The translations under genes were made by a program, and so were the position numbers. Positions 9,988 through 19,197 of a DNA stretch of 64,000 nucleotides are shown here, piece by piece (position 1 is the first letter of the stretch; every line of letters starts with the position of its first letter). The notes under the pieces were generated by a model. That model searched no databases. It was not told where the DNA came from and worked only from the letters and a program-made list of their open reading frames with translations. Source of the stretch: Candidatus Zixiibacteriota bacterium (lineage in GTDB: Bacteria > Zixibacteria > MSB-5A5 > JAABVY01 > JAHJOQ01); assembly GCA_018820315.1 (NCBI GenBank), contig JAHJOQ010000110.1, positions 2,874-66,873 on the forward strand. Direction: 5' to 3'.

Positions 9988-10737
9988 TCAGATGATTTGC
10001 AACAACTCCGACAACTGGCCAATCACCCTGACGCCATCAATCACGATTGAATCCTGTGCCTTTTCTTGATCAGCAGACTTGAAATCGAATCGATCGCCCT
10101 TCGAAGACTCATCTCTGCGTTGAATCAGTATCGGCTTCATACCAGCGGCAACCGCACCATCGACATCCTCCGATGTATCCCCCACATAGATCACTTCGTC
10201 GCTTCGCAATCCAGTCTCTTTCAGAGCAACCGAAAATATCCTTGGATCGGGTTTCTTGAAACCGACATCGGCAGAAATCACTATCGAATCGAAATACTGA
10301 GTCAGACTGAGTTCCGACAATGTCGCGCGAACATTTGGCGGGTGATCAAAGTTGGAGATCAATGCGACCGGCACACGCGATTTCAGATGATTAAGGACTA
10401 TCGGTGTTTCAGGATCGAGCGAAACGTATTTCTGCCATGCCACTGCAACACCGAATGCAGTCTCTGAGAGCTGATCGCGCGATGGTGTGAGCGAGAGTTC
10501 ATCACAATGCGCCATAATGCGACGTTCAAGAACAGTTAGACCGTCGCCATTGTCAGTCGGTTCTGGTTTGCTGAAAAACCCGTCGCAAGACAATGCGAAT
10601 TCATCACGGGACATACCGAGTCCGCAGCCATGCAGGCATCGATGGAATTCCGATAGCCAGTCATTCCACGCTGCGGACATATCGCCATACATGAGCAGGG
10701 TTCCATACAGGTCGAAGAATGCACCCTTGATCTTCAT
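9988..10737 (-). CDS. HAD-superfamily hydrolase
   Basis: FFDLYGTL (motif I), ISNFD, KKPDPRIF, YVGDTSEDVDGA. Confidence 0.88.
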   Translation of the reverse strand: MKIKGAFFDLYGTLLMYGDMSAAWNDWLSEFHRCLHGCGLGMSRDEFALSCDGFFSKPEPTDNGDGLTVLERRIMAHCDELSLTPSRDQLSETAFGVAVAWQKYVSLDPETPIVLNHLKSRVPVALISNFDHPPNVRATLSELSLTQYFDSIVISADVGFKKPDPRIFSVALKETGLRSDEVIYVGDTSEDVDGAVAAGMKPILIQRRDESSKGDRFDFKSADQEKAQDSIVIDGVRVIGQLSELLQII

Positions 10738-10760
10738 ATCTCGATAATAGTGTCTGATGC

Positions 10761-10932
10761 CTGTTGCTGCAACAGAATTCCCGATCGATGCGCTGTCAGG
10801 ATTCCCATCCTGACAGTTCTGCGTAGCATTGGGTCGACGATTCGTGCAGGAAAGATTCCTGCCTGCGGTGTTCTCCTGCGGCTCTACTCAGATGCGCAGA
10901 GATCGCCACGTCGTTCCGCTCCTCGCGATGAC
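10761..10932. repeat. Cluster of palindromes including REP-like elements
   Basis: CTGTTGC-T-GCAACAG (10761-75), CTGTCAGGAT-TCCC-ATCCTGACAG (10793-10816), GCAGGAA-AGA-TTCCTGC (10846-62), and GAGATCGCCACGTCGTTCCGCTCCTCGCGATGAC (10899-10932), which resembles the widespread GAGATTGCCACGTCGC..CTCCTCGCAATGAC extragenic repeat. Confidence 0.6.
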
Positions 10933-11047
10933 AAGATCATGGGTCTGAGACAACTTGTGGAAGCGCTAATTTGATGTTGACTCTGCGCGCAACTATCCCT
11001 TCATATACGCGTATGCCTCTAACCGAGGCATGCAGAGTGTCAGGACA

Positions 11048-11977
11048 ATGAGCATAATCGAAGTACATGACCTTACAAAAATCTACGGCGGGGCGCGCGG
11101 AAAAGATATAGTCGCGCTCGATAAAGTCAGCCTCTCTGTCAAACATGGAGAAATCTTTGCTCTGCTGGGACCAAACGGTGCCGGAAAAACGACTCTTTTC
11201 AAAGTCCTGCTGAGCATTGTGCGTGCTACATCCGGTACTGTGGAAATTGGCGGCTATCCACCGTCGAATCCCGAGTCGCGTCGAAAAGTCGGCTACCTTC
11301 CCGAGAACCACCGCTTTCCGGATCATCTGACCGGACTTGGGCTGATGAGATTCACGGCGCGGCTTCATGGGCTTTCTGCAGCAAATACAAAATCGCGCGC
11401 CGACGATCTGCTCGAACTCGTTGGCATGTCGAAATGGGCGGAGACGAGGATTCCGAAGTATTCGAAAGGAATGCTGCAGAGAATCGGGCTGGCACAGGCG
11501 CTGATCTCCGATCCCGATACTCTGCTGCTCGACGAGCCGACCGACGGCGTCGATCCCGTCGGCAAAATCGAAATTCGGCGAGTGCTCGAGAAGATTCGGA
11601 GTGAAGGGAAATCGATTGTACTAAACAGCCACCTCCTTTCGGAGGTGGAGTCTGTGGCGGATGGTGTGGCGATACTGTCGAAAGGGCATGTGCTTAAGGT
11701 CAGCACAGTCGACGAATTGACGAGACGTAGCTGCCAATATAAGATCGAGGCGAATCTGAGTGGTCCCGAAATCCAGATATCTCCAGATGTCGGCAGGATA
11801 CTATCCTTTACAGATATCTCAATGACTGTCGAACTGGAAGACGAACGGCTGATAAACAGCGTCATAGATGAACTTCGTGTGCGCAAGATCGAAATCAAAT
11901 CTGTGGTGCCGATCAAGGTCACGCTCGAGCAGTCGTTCCTCGAAACGATAGGCGACGAGAAGGGGGAGGCGACGTGA
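11048..11977 (+). CDS. ABC transporter ATP-binding protein (ABC-2/exporter type)
   Basis: Walker A GPNGAGKTT, signature YSKGMLQ, Walker B LLLDEPT, H-loop NSH. Confidence 0.92.
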   Translation: MSIIEVHDLTKIYGGARGKDIVALDKVSLSVKHGEIFALLGPNGAGKTTLFKVLLSIVRATSGTVEIGGYPPSNPESRRKVGYLPENHRFPDHLTGLGLMRFTARLHGLSAANTKSRADDLLELVGMSKWAETRIPKYSKGMLQRIGLAQALISDPDTLLLDEPTDGVDPVGKIEIRRVLEKIRSEGKSIVLNSHLLSEVESVADGVAILSKGHVLKVSTVDELTRRSCQYKIEANLSGPEIQISPDVGRILSFTDISMTVELEDERLINSVIDELRVRKIEIKSVVPIKVTLEQSFLETIGDEKGEAT

Positions 11978-12759
11978 GAGGGATAGTGCACGACTGCATA
12001 GTGGAATTGCTGAGCCGTAGAGTGATCTATGTCTTCGCGGCGTTGACGGTTATCGGCTTGCTCTCGACACTTGCGGCGAGCCAAGTCGACATCGCCTGGC
12101 AGGGTGCTGAATTAGACATGAGTGATGTCAACAGTTCACTCGGCAATATATTTCTCGGCGGTTTCAACAAGTTCATGAGTTTCCTGGTATTCCTGTCGGT
12201 GATGATTACTGCCGGGCAGATTCCGGGCATGTTGATCAGAGGGAGAGCTGACTATTATTTGTCGAAACCAATCTCGCGCGCATCGCTGCTAATGAGCAAA
12301 GCCCTCGGAATATGGTTGGTCTACGGCGCTGTGATGGTGGTGAGTGTGGCGATCAACTATGTCTTTGCCTGTCTGCTGTTTGGTATCTACGATGCCCGGA
12401 TAGTATATGTGATAGCAATGAACCTCCTTGGATTTGTGATATGGCTGAGTGTGACAACATTCGCAGGAATCGTGACCGGCTCGACCGGAATGACGATTAT
12501 GGCTGCGTTTTTCGTCTGGATCGCGCAGTCGGTGCTGGACTGGCACGAAGGTATCGGTCAATTAGTCGATTCCGATGTTGTAAGATATATCGTTGATGCA
12601 TTTTACTATATCATCCCAAAGACCGGTCAGATTATCGACATGACCGGCGACCTCACCTCCGGCAACTCCCCCGACTGGCTGCCTCTCTGGAGCTCCCTGA
12701 TCTTCGCTGCTGTGATATTCTATCTCGCAGTCTACATATTTAAGCGGAAAGATTATTAG
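11974..12759 (+). CDS. ABC-2 type transporter permease
   Basis: About 6 hydrophobic segments, YYLSKPISR motif, GTGA overlap with the ATPase gene. Confidence 0.85.
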   Translation: MRGIVHDCIVELLSRRVIYVFAALTVIGLLSTLAASQVDIAWQGAELDMSDVNSSLGNIFLGGFNKFMSFLVFLSVMITAGQIPGMLIRGRADYYLSKPISRASLLMSKALGIWLVYGAVMVVSVAINYVFACLLFGIYDARIVYVIAMNLLGFVIWLSVTTFAGIVTGSTGMTIMAAFFVWIAQSVLDWHEGIGQLVDSDVVRYIVDAFYYIIPKTGQIIDMTGDLTSGNSPDWLPLWSSLIFAAVIFYLAVYIFKRKDY

Positions 12760-12865
12760 AATCGGATTATCCTACTTCGACTCACTTTCTGTAGGATATG
12801 ATTGACAAAATCTGCTGGCTGGGTTTCTTTCGAAGTGATAATCACTCTGTCCATCAGAGAATGCT

Positions 12866-12991
12866 ATGCCACGTATTGTGCATGTTGAGATTCCGGCTGA
12901 TAATCCGGCACAGTCAAACATGTTTTTGTTGAAAACCGTATCAATGTCTGTTGACTGTGTCTTGAGCAGTCTACAAACGTCTGTGACCTGA
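12866..12991 (+). pseudogene. Truncated VOC/glyoxalase-like gene start
   Basis: ATG 12866 gives MPRIVHVEIPADNP, matching the usual VOC-family N-terminus (MPRVVHFEIPADDP); similarity is lost after ~14 codons and the frame stops at 12991. Confidence 0.55.
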
Positions 12992-13006
12992 AGGGCAAAT
13001 CGTGCA

Positions 13007-13873
13007 ATGCTGAAACGTCAGAAAATCATACTGGGAGTTCTGTTACTGGCCCCAAGGTCTCTATCGAAGCTTCAACTGACAAAGCTCACATTTCTAATGA
13101 GACAGGAGTCAGCCCTGGCCGACGATAGCTCCTTTTACGATCACGTGCCTTACCAGCAGGGACCGTTTTCCTTCACACTTTACAGAGACATTGCTGATCT
13201 CAAGCAAATGGGCTATTTGGATGATAACTCGCTTGCTATCAGCGACAACTTAAGGTCAGACGCGCGTTTGCTCTTTGATTCCCTTCCACAAAGTACACGT
13301 ACGGAAGTAGGTCGGACTGTCGAACGTTACGCGAAGCTTGGGGAGAAACCTCTCATCGAGTATGTTTATTCTGAGTACCCTTGGTTTGCCTCGCGAAGCA
13401 GGTTGCGCGGAGCTCCGACCACAGGTAGAATAAAGGGTAAGCTGGCTGTGTATACCGCAGGGTACGAAGGTGAATCTGTCGACCACTTCTTTCAGAAACT
13501 CATGCGTGTGGGAATAGAGGTGCTCATTGATGTGCGACACAATCCGGTTTCGCGCAAGTACGGATTCTCGAAGAAGGACATGCAACGACTTTGTCAGAAA
13601 CTCGACATCCGCTACGAACATATTCCGGAGCTGGGAATTCCGTCTTCGATGCGATCCACGCTGAGCACATACGAGGACTATAAAAGACTTCTCAACAAAT
13701 ACGAACGGTCGATTTTGCCGGAAGCTAGTGAACCGCGCGCCAGAGCCGCTCACATTATGGAGTCTATACCATCTGTGCTTGTCTGCTTTGAGAAGAACGT
13801 CCATTTCTGCCATCGGGGAAGACTGGCTAAAGCAATCGCAAATGATGTCGGCTTGGAGGTGAAACATCTATAG
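13007..13873 (+). CDS. Panacea(DUF4065/SocA)-like wHTH domain fused to DUF488 domain
   Basis: N-terminus: LTKLTFL..FYDHVPYQQGPFSFTLYRDIADL..GY..YVYSEYPWF. C-terminus: DUF488 motifs YTAGYEG, LIDVRHNPVSRKYGFSK, YEHIPELG, CFEKNVHFCHR. Confidence 0.8.
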   Translation: MLKRQKIILGVLLLAPRSLSKLQLTKLTFLMRQESALADDSSFYDHVPYQQGPFSFTLYRDIADLKQMGYLDDNSLAISDNLRSDARLLFDSLPQSTRTEVGRTVERYAKLGEKPLIEYVYSEYPWFASRSRLRGAPTTGRIKGKLAVYTAGYEGESVDHFFQKLMRVGIEVLIDVRHNPVSRKYGFSKKDMQRLCQKLDIRYEHIPELGIPSSMRSTLSTYEDYKRLLNKYERSILPEASEPRARAAHIMESIPSVLVCFEKNVHFCHRGRLAKAIANDVGLEVKHL

Positions 13874-13894
13874 GCCGTAGAAAGGGGAACCAAA

Positions 13895-14665
13895 GTGGGG
13901 GAACGAACCAAGGTTTTAGTCACAGTTAAGACGTATCCGTTACCTTCAGAATCCTACATGGAGCTTGTTTGCACGGGAGGAGTGCTTGAAGACGGGCGCT
14001 TCATTCGTTTGTACCCGATTGACTACCGATATAAACCTTATGCAGAATGGTACAGGAAGTATCAATGGATTGAGATCGAAATTGAGAAGAACGCAAAAGA
14101 CCCTAGACCAGAATCATTCAGACAGACTCACGGTACGCGCATAACAGTTTTGGGCCAGCCTCTCCCAGCCGGGGGCTCATGGGCTGAGCGAAGACGTTAT
14201 GTCTTGGCGAGAGGTGTTTCCACAATGTGTGACCTACAGACAGACTCCCAAAAGGTGAGATCGTTGGGAATAATCAAGCCTAGAAAAGTAAGAGACTTAG
14301 TTGTTGAGAATGTTGCCGGAGAGTGGCCAGAGAAATGGAAGACGCTCTTTCAGCAGCAGGATCTTTTTGGTCCAGATCGCAAACCACTTGAGAAAGTCCC
14401 GTACAAGTTCTCTTATGTATACGACTGTGAGTCTCCCACATGCAGGGGACATAAGATGATGATCGAGGACTGGGAAGTCGGGCAGCTATACCGCGCGATG
14501 AGGGACAAATATGAAAGCGAATCCATTGCCGTCGACAAAGTCAAACAGAAGCTACTCGATCAGATGTGCGCGCCGGATAGAGACACATACTTCTATACAG
14601 GAACCGTTCTCAAACACGACACATGGATTCTGCTAGGTGTGTTTTGGCCAAAGCATATCAAATAG
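13895..14665 (+). CDS. Conserved hypothetical protein co-transcribed with the DUF488 gene (possible divergent dual-OB-type nucleic-acid-binding protein)
   Basis: GTG start with AGGGG RBS; motifs VKTYP.PS..Y.E.VCTGG, FIRLYP, KYQW, DPRPES, CESPTCRGH.M.IEDWE; 256 aa. Confidence 0.7.
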   Translation: MGERTKVLVTVKTYPLPSESYMELVCTGGVLEDGRFIRLYPIDYRYKPYAEWYRKYQWIEIEIEKNAKDPRPESFRQTHGTRITVLGQPLPAGGSWAERRRYVLARGVSTMCDLQTDSQKVRSLGIIKPRKVRDLVVENVAGEWPEKWKTLFQQQDLFGPDRKPLEKVPYKFSYVYDCESPTCRGHKMMIEDWEVGQLYRAMRDKYESESIAVDKVKQKLLDQMCAPDRDTYFYTGTVLKHDTWILLGVFWPKHIK

Positions 14666-14713
14666 CACTGTCACATGTGATGGAAAATTCGACATAGAGC
14701 CGTGCATTTCCTA

Positions 14714-15658
14714 CTACGGGAACATGGCGCTGATGCTTTCGCGGTTGTGGATGCTCTCGATTGCTTTGGCGAAGAGCGACGCCACCGATACGATCTCGAT
14801 CTTCTTCGACAACTTGACCTGCTGATTCTCGACTGTATCGGTGACAAAGAATTTCTTGATTGGGCTGGCATCGATGCGTTTCATCGAGTCTTTTCCGAAC
14901 ACTCCATGTGCAACCATTGCATAGACATCTTTCGCACCGCGTGCGACCAATTCATGAGCCACACCTGCAAGCGTGCCGCCGGAAATAGCGAAGTCGTCGA
15001 CGATGAGTGCAGTCTTGCCCTCGACATGTCCGATGATTTCGAGCACCGTGGCTTTCTCGTCATGCGCCACGCGCTCTTTGTCGGCAATCGCGACTGAGGT
15101 TCCCAGAGCAGACGAGTATTTGCGAGCTTGCTTCGCGAAGCCGGTATCTGGTGAGACGATGATGATGTCTTTTAGCTTTTCTTTCTTGATTCGGTCGCAG
15201 AGGGCGGGGAGCGCATAGAGATTGTCCACGGGGATGCGAAAAAAGCCCTGTATCTGAGGAGCATGGAGATCCATCGTAACGACTCGATCTGCACCTGCGG
15301 CCTCGATTGCATCGGCGCAGACTCTCGCCCTGATCGAGACTCTCGGCTCGTCCTTCTTGTCCCCCTTGCCGTAGCTGAAATACGGAATTATCGCCGTCAC
15401 CGACTCGGCGCTCGCGCGTTTGAGGGCATCAATCCAGAAGAGAAGCTCCATGAAATTATCGTTGGCTGGAAACGCAGTCGATTGAACGAGGTATACTCGG
15501 CGGCCACGGACATTTTCGTTGACTCTGACAAAGATATTGCCTTCTGAGAATATCAGAGTCTCGTTGTCGCCGGGCTTGATCTTCAGATGTTTGCAGATAC
15601 GACCGGTTAGCTGCCTGCTTGCACTTCCGGCAAATACGATAATGTTATCAGGATTCAC
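14714..15658 (-). CDS. prs: Ribose-phosphate pyrophosphokinase (divergent Prs-family member)
   Basis: MELL..IDALKRASA, DLHAPQIQGFF, VSPDTG, DKER, IVDDFAISGGTL, VTDTV. Confidence 0.88.
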   Translation of the reverse strand: MNPDNIIVFAGSASRQLTGRICKHLKIKPGDNETLIFSEGNIFVRVNENVRGRRVYLVQSTAFPANDNFMELLFWIDALKRASAESVTAIIPYFSYGKGDKKDEPRVSIRARVCADAIEAAGADRVVTMDLHAPQIQGFFRIPVDNLYALPALCDRIKKEKLKDIIIVSPDTGFAKQARKYSSALGTSVAIADKERVAHDEKATVLEIIGHVEGKTALIVDDFAISGGTLAGVAHELVARGAKDVYAMVAHGVFGKDSMKRIDASPIKKFFVTDTVENQQVKLSKKIEIVSVASLFAKAIESIHNRESISAMFP

Positions 15659-15777
15659 GGCTATCTCCTCCTGGAATCACAAACAACCGCAGCAGCAATC
15701 TATGTCAACTACAATCACGGATGGCAGTTGCTAACAGTCTCTCCTGGTCATACGCAAAACAGCAGACAGGTGATGTC

Positions 15778-16446
15778 TTAAACATGCTTTGTGCGATACT
15801 GTGCAATCCAGAAGCAATCGCCGATTCTGATATTTAGATCATCGGCCCAGGGTGAGAAGATATCCTCGAGGTCATCAGCATTATAGTAATTCTTCAGCAC
15901 CAGATGCCTGGAATCATCGCTCAGCCGACGATTTACGTAAGTATCTGGTTTGTTTTCTTTGCGGACCAACTCGCCACTAAACTCCGGTATGTAGACGCTG
16001 TCGACCGCCAGCACGGAGGAGCCCGGTTCTAGCTTGCTGTGGAAACCCTTCAGAAACTCAAGGAGTCCTGACTTCGGAACATGCGATATCCAGAAATTAA
16101 CCACTCCGCCATCGAAGGTCTCGTCCAACAGGTCAAGTTGATATGCGTCCAACTTACGATATTCGACAACCTCCCTGACGAACTTCCTTTGTCGAGCTAT
16201 CTCGATCATCTCGGTCGAAGAGTCAATTGCGATTACTTGTCTGGCAACTTCTGCGAGATATGCTGTCCAGAACCCGGTTCCACTGGCTACCTCGAGCACT
16301 CGACGATCAGCAAACGACTCCCTGATTTCATCAGCGATTTGCGCCTGCTCCGCCTGTCTGACCGGATCATCGCGGTGATAGATTGAATCGAATTCCTGCG
16401 CGCGCCTGTTGTAGTATTCGCGCAGTTCGCTATCATCAAACACCAT
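15778..16446 (-). CDS. Class I SAM-dependent methyltransferase
   Basis: YYNRRAQEFD, VLEVASGTGFWT, AIDSSTEM. Start set at ATG 16446 because the track's longer start overlaps the next gene. Confidence 0.85.
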   Translation of the reverse strand: MVFDDSELREYYNRRAQEFDSIYHRDDPVRQAEQAQIADEIRESFADRRVLEVASGTGFWTAYLAEVARQVIAIDSSTEMIEIARQRKFVREVVEYRKLDAYQLDLLDETFDGGVVNFWISHVPKSGLLEFLKGFHSKLEPGSSVLAVDSVYIPEFSGELVRKENKPDTYVNRRLSDDSRHLVLKNYYNADDLEDIFSPWADDLNIRIGDCFWIAQYRTKHV

Positions 16447-16456
16447 CAGACCGCCA

Positions 16457-16666
16457 TCAATTTGTGAAGAAGTCGAATATATTGCCGAGCATGCTGGTCT
16501 CGGCCAAGAAAATCTCTGTGTACTTGCATCTGGAGCAGGTGACAGTCGAAAACCGCTTACCCTGAACGTCGAAAATTTTCGACCAGAACCCGCCGGCAGC
16601 GCGCATCTCACCGACCTGATACTGAGTGTTGGAACACTTCGGACATGTATAGTTTAGTTGCTGCAT
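16457..16666 (-). CDS. Small zinc-ribbon protein (DUF2082-like)
   Basis: CPKC...CSRC with GGFWSKIFDVQ and YTEIF; GGAGG RBS upstream. Confidence 0.8.
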   Translation of the reverse strand: MQQLNYTCPKCSNTQYQVGEMRAAGGFWSKIFDVQGKRFSTVTCSRCKYTEIFLAETSMLGNIFDFFTN

Positions 16667-16759
16667 CTACTCACCTCCGGTTTCATTTGCTCTGAGTCAT
16701 ACAACGTGTCACAAACAGCATTACAGCCGATACGTCACAATATTCACATCACGGTGCGA

Positions 16760-17314
16760 TCATTCGTCACCCTGATCAAATTCTTCTCTGAGGATGGAAT
16801 AGACGTTCATATCTTCGTACTTGCCCCACTTCTTCATATGCTGTCTGAGGCATCCCTCGAAAGACATGCCGATTTTCTCCATGACCGCCCCGGAGGCAGG
16901 ATTTCTTGTGAAGTGTTCAGCAAAGATACGATTTAGTCTAAGACTGCCAAATCCGAATTTCAAGAGAGCCGCCGCCGCCTCGGTGCAGTAACCGTGATTC
17001 CAGAAATCCTTGCCGACCCAGTATCCCATCTCCGCACGGTCAAATGTCCGAAGCACAAGCAGGCTTATCGCGCCGATCAATTGACTGGATTTTTTCAGTA
17101 CGATCGCATAAGTGACTACTTTGCCAGTCTGGAATCGCTCGGCATGCATGCCGATCCATTCCTCCGCAGCACCGTCAATGTAAGGATGGGGGATGTTCAT
17201 GGTTGTATCGGCGATTTCACGATCCCCTGCGAGTTTCTGCACTATCGGTGCATCAGCCAGCGTAAACGACCTTAGGATCAGCCGCTCGGTTTTGATAATA
17301 GGTTGAACTTTCAC
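16760..17314 (-). CDS. GNAT N-acetyltransferase, RimJ/RimL family
   Basis: TERLILR, EMGYWVGKDFWNHGYCTEAA, NPASGAVMEKIGM. Confidence 0.9.
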   Translation of the reverse strand: MKVQPIIKTERLILRSFTLADAPIVQKLAGDREIADTTMNIPHPYIDGAAEEWIGMHAERFQTGKVVTYAIVLKKSSQLIGAISLLVLRTFDRAEMGYWVGKDFWNHGYCTEAAAALLKFGFGSLRLNRIFAEHFTRNPASGAVMEKIGMSFEGCLRQHMKKWGKYEDMNVYSILREEFDQGDE

Positions 17315-17390
17315 TGGGTCCTATCCTGTCAAAATGGGGAATTGAGTCTCGTCCATAAGCTCGTGGACACCCAGCCCTGACCAGGCAGAT

Positions 17391-17684
17391 CTAACCGGGA
17401 ATCCAGATCTTCTTCGATGCTATTATTTCGATCCTGCCGTCGAGTCTGAGTGGTTCCGCCGATTTCGTGAAAAATATCAGGCCCTTGTACGCAGTCAAGT
17501 ACTGATAGTTCTTTTTGAACACGCCGCCGGTAGCTGTCACGACGAGAGGGCTTTCAGACTTCGATAAGATAATCTTGAAATCGGAAGGATCGACACTGAC
17601 AATCGCGCCAGATGCCTTGATCGCCCGTGCAATTGCTGCGGCAGCCGCAGCAGCGGCTGCTCCGCCACTCGCTCCGTTAGCCAT
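17391..17684 (-). CDS. Small conserved hypothetical protein with N-terminal poly-Ala
   Basis: From ATG 17684: MANGASGGAAAAAAAAAIARAIKASGAIVSV...YQYLTAYKGLIFFTKS...KKIWIPG; GAGG RBS. Confidence 0.65.
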   Translation of the reverse strand: MANGASGGAAAAAAAAAIARAIKASGAIVSVDPSDFKIILSKSESPLVVTATGGVFKKNYQYLTAYKGLIFFTKSAEPLRLDGRIEIIASKKIWIPG

Positions 17685-17741
17685 GCTATAAACTACCTCT
17701 CTGCGGCCGGCGGAGTTCAGCGAGAACTCCTGCAAGGTTGC

Positions 17742-18173
17742 TCAGGCCGCAATCTCAACCAACTCTATTTCGAATATCAGCGTCTTCCCTGCGAGAGGAT
17801 GGTTGGCGTCCAGAGTCACTGCCTCACCATCGATCCCTGTTATGGCAACATTCAGCACTCGTCCGTCCGGCTGGCCTACCTGAAGTTTCTTTCCAATTTC
17901 CGGTGCGATCGTATCCGGAAATTCGCTCTTCTGAACAACCGTAACGAGTTCGGTACGCCGCGAGCCATAGGCGTCCTTCTCCGGAATTGTAACAGTCTTA
18001 GTGCTGCCAATCTCCATGCCCTTGACACCATCGTCAAATCCGGGAATCACGCTGCCACTTCCAACCACAAACTCCAGGGGAGTGCGATCTCTGGAACTAT
18101 CAAATATGGAACCGTCTTCCAGTTTGCCCGTGTAGTGCACCCTGACTTTGTCGCCAGCTTTTGCCTGACTCAT
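17742..18173 (-). CDS. FKBP-type peptidyl-prolyl cis-trans isomerase (short SlyD-like)
   Basis: VRVHYTGKLEDG.IFDSS, VIPGFD, LDANHPLAGKTLIFEIEL; GGAGG RBS before ATG 18173; no His-rich tail. Confidence 0.92.
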   Translation of the reverse strand: MSQAKAGDKVRVHYTGKLEDGSIFDSSRDRTPLEFVVGSGSVIPGFDDGVKGMEIGSTKTVTIPEKDAYGSRRTELVTVVQKSEFPDTIAPEIGKKLQVGQPDGRVLNVAITGIDGEAVTLDANHPLAGKTLIFEIELVEIAA

Positions 18174-18525
18174 CTCATCCTCCAATCATCAGTCTTTGTC
18201 ACAATCCCGATTCAGTCTTGACAGCTCGGGGGCCTATAGATCGCCCGGAATGAAGTCAAGCGATGACGGATTAGACAACTCTGACTATCGCACAACCTGC
18301 ACTCCACACAGAACTGCATGCTTGTTGTTCGGCTCTCCCTCAGCGGAGACCTGTTTGGCAATAGAACGCAAAAATCCGGCAAAATGCAAACAATTAATGC
18401 CGTCGATAATCAGGGTGCGGAATGACGGCACACACGTTCATGGATCACAGCATATCCTTGCCGAATCGATGAGTTTCTATGTATATTCAGTGTCAGACTG
18501 ATTCACATTCAGGGTTGAAGTCCAG

Positions 18526-19197
18526 ATGGCAGACTATTATTCCGACAGGCTGTCGGCTGATCGGCTCAGACGAGTCTACGAAATTGCCACACCGCGAATT
18601 GTCAGGTATCTCGATGCCGAGATCGGCTACGTGAAAGAGAAGATCAGACCTACCGATAAAGTCCTCGATCTGGGCTGTGGATATGGCAGAGTGCTCAATG
18701 ATTTGGCTGATTGCTGCAACAGCGTTGTCGGCATAGACAAAGCACAGTCGAGTTTACTGCTAGCGAGAGAAATGCCGCTCAACCCAACTGTCCATCTCGC
18801 ACAGATGGATGCTGTCGCTCTCGGATTTCGCGACAGGTCATTCGATGTCGTGGTCTGCATCCAGAATGGGATATCAGCGTTCAAGATTGAGCCTGAGAGA
18901 TTGCTCGCGGAGTGCATGAGAGTTACGAAGCGCGGTGGGAGAGTGTTGCTGTCGAGCTACTCCGACAAGATATGGGATGATCGTCTGGAGTGGTTCAAGC
19001 TTCAGTCCGCGGCCGGTCTCCTCGGTGACATTGATCAGGATGCTGCAGGCAACGGAGTTATCGTCTGCAAGGATGGCTTCCAGGCGACTACTTTCACCCG
19101 ACAGGACTTCAGATCACTTTCAGCGCGAATCTGCGCGAACCTCCGCATCGAAGAGGTCGACAATTCAAGCTTGTTCTGTGAAATCGTAGTTGGATAG
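18526..19197 (+). CDS. Class I SAM-dependent methyltransferase
   Basis: VLDLGCGYGR, GIDKA, FDVVVC. Confidence 0.85.
   Translation: MADYYSDRLSADRLRRVYEIATPRIVRYLDAEIGYVKEKIRPTDKVLDLGCGYGRVLNDLADCCNSVVGIDKAQSSLLLAREMPLNPTVHLAQMDAVALGFRDRSFDVVVCIQNGISAFKIEPERLLAECMRVTKRGGRVLLSSYSDKIWDDRLEWFKLQSAAGLLGDIDQDAAGNGVIVCKDGFQATTFTRQDFRSLSARICANLRIEEVDNSSLFCEIVVG

Noticed and set aside
11365-12084. 239-aa antisense ORF; likewise 13256-13867, 24769-25371, 45650-46273 and 54954-55481
   Set aside because: Antisense to well-supported genes, Ser/Arg-rich and without motifs; expected shadows at this GC content.
13874-13905. GGGGAACCAA..TGGGG, resembling part of the c-di-AMP (ydaO) riboswitch
   Set aside because: It lies in a 21-nt gap and a start codon, doubles as the RBS, and lacks the rest of the riboswitch.
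17625-17665. GCA/GCC-rich low-complexity stretch as a tandem repeat
   Set aside because: It encodes the poly-Ala tract of a coding gene using mixed codons.
15778-18185. Run of short co-oriented genes (MTase, Zn ribbon, GNAT, FKBP) as a possible cassette array
   Set aside because: No TAAC...GTT attC hairpins between the genes.
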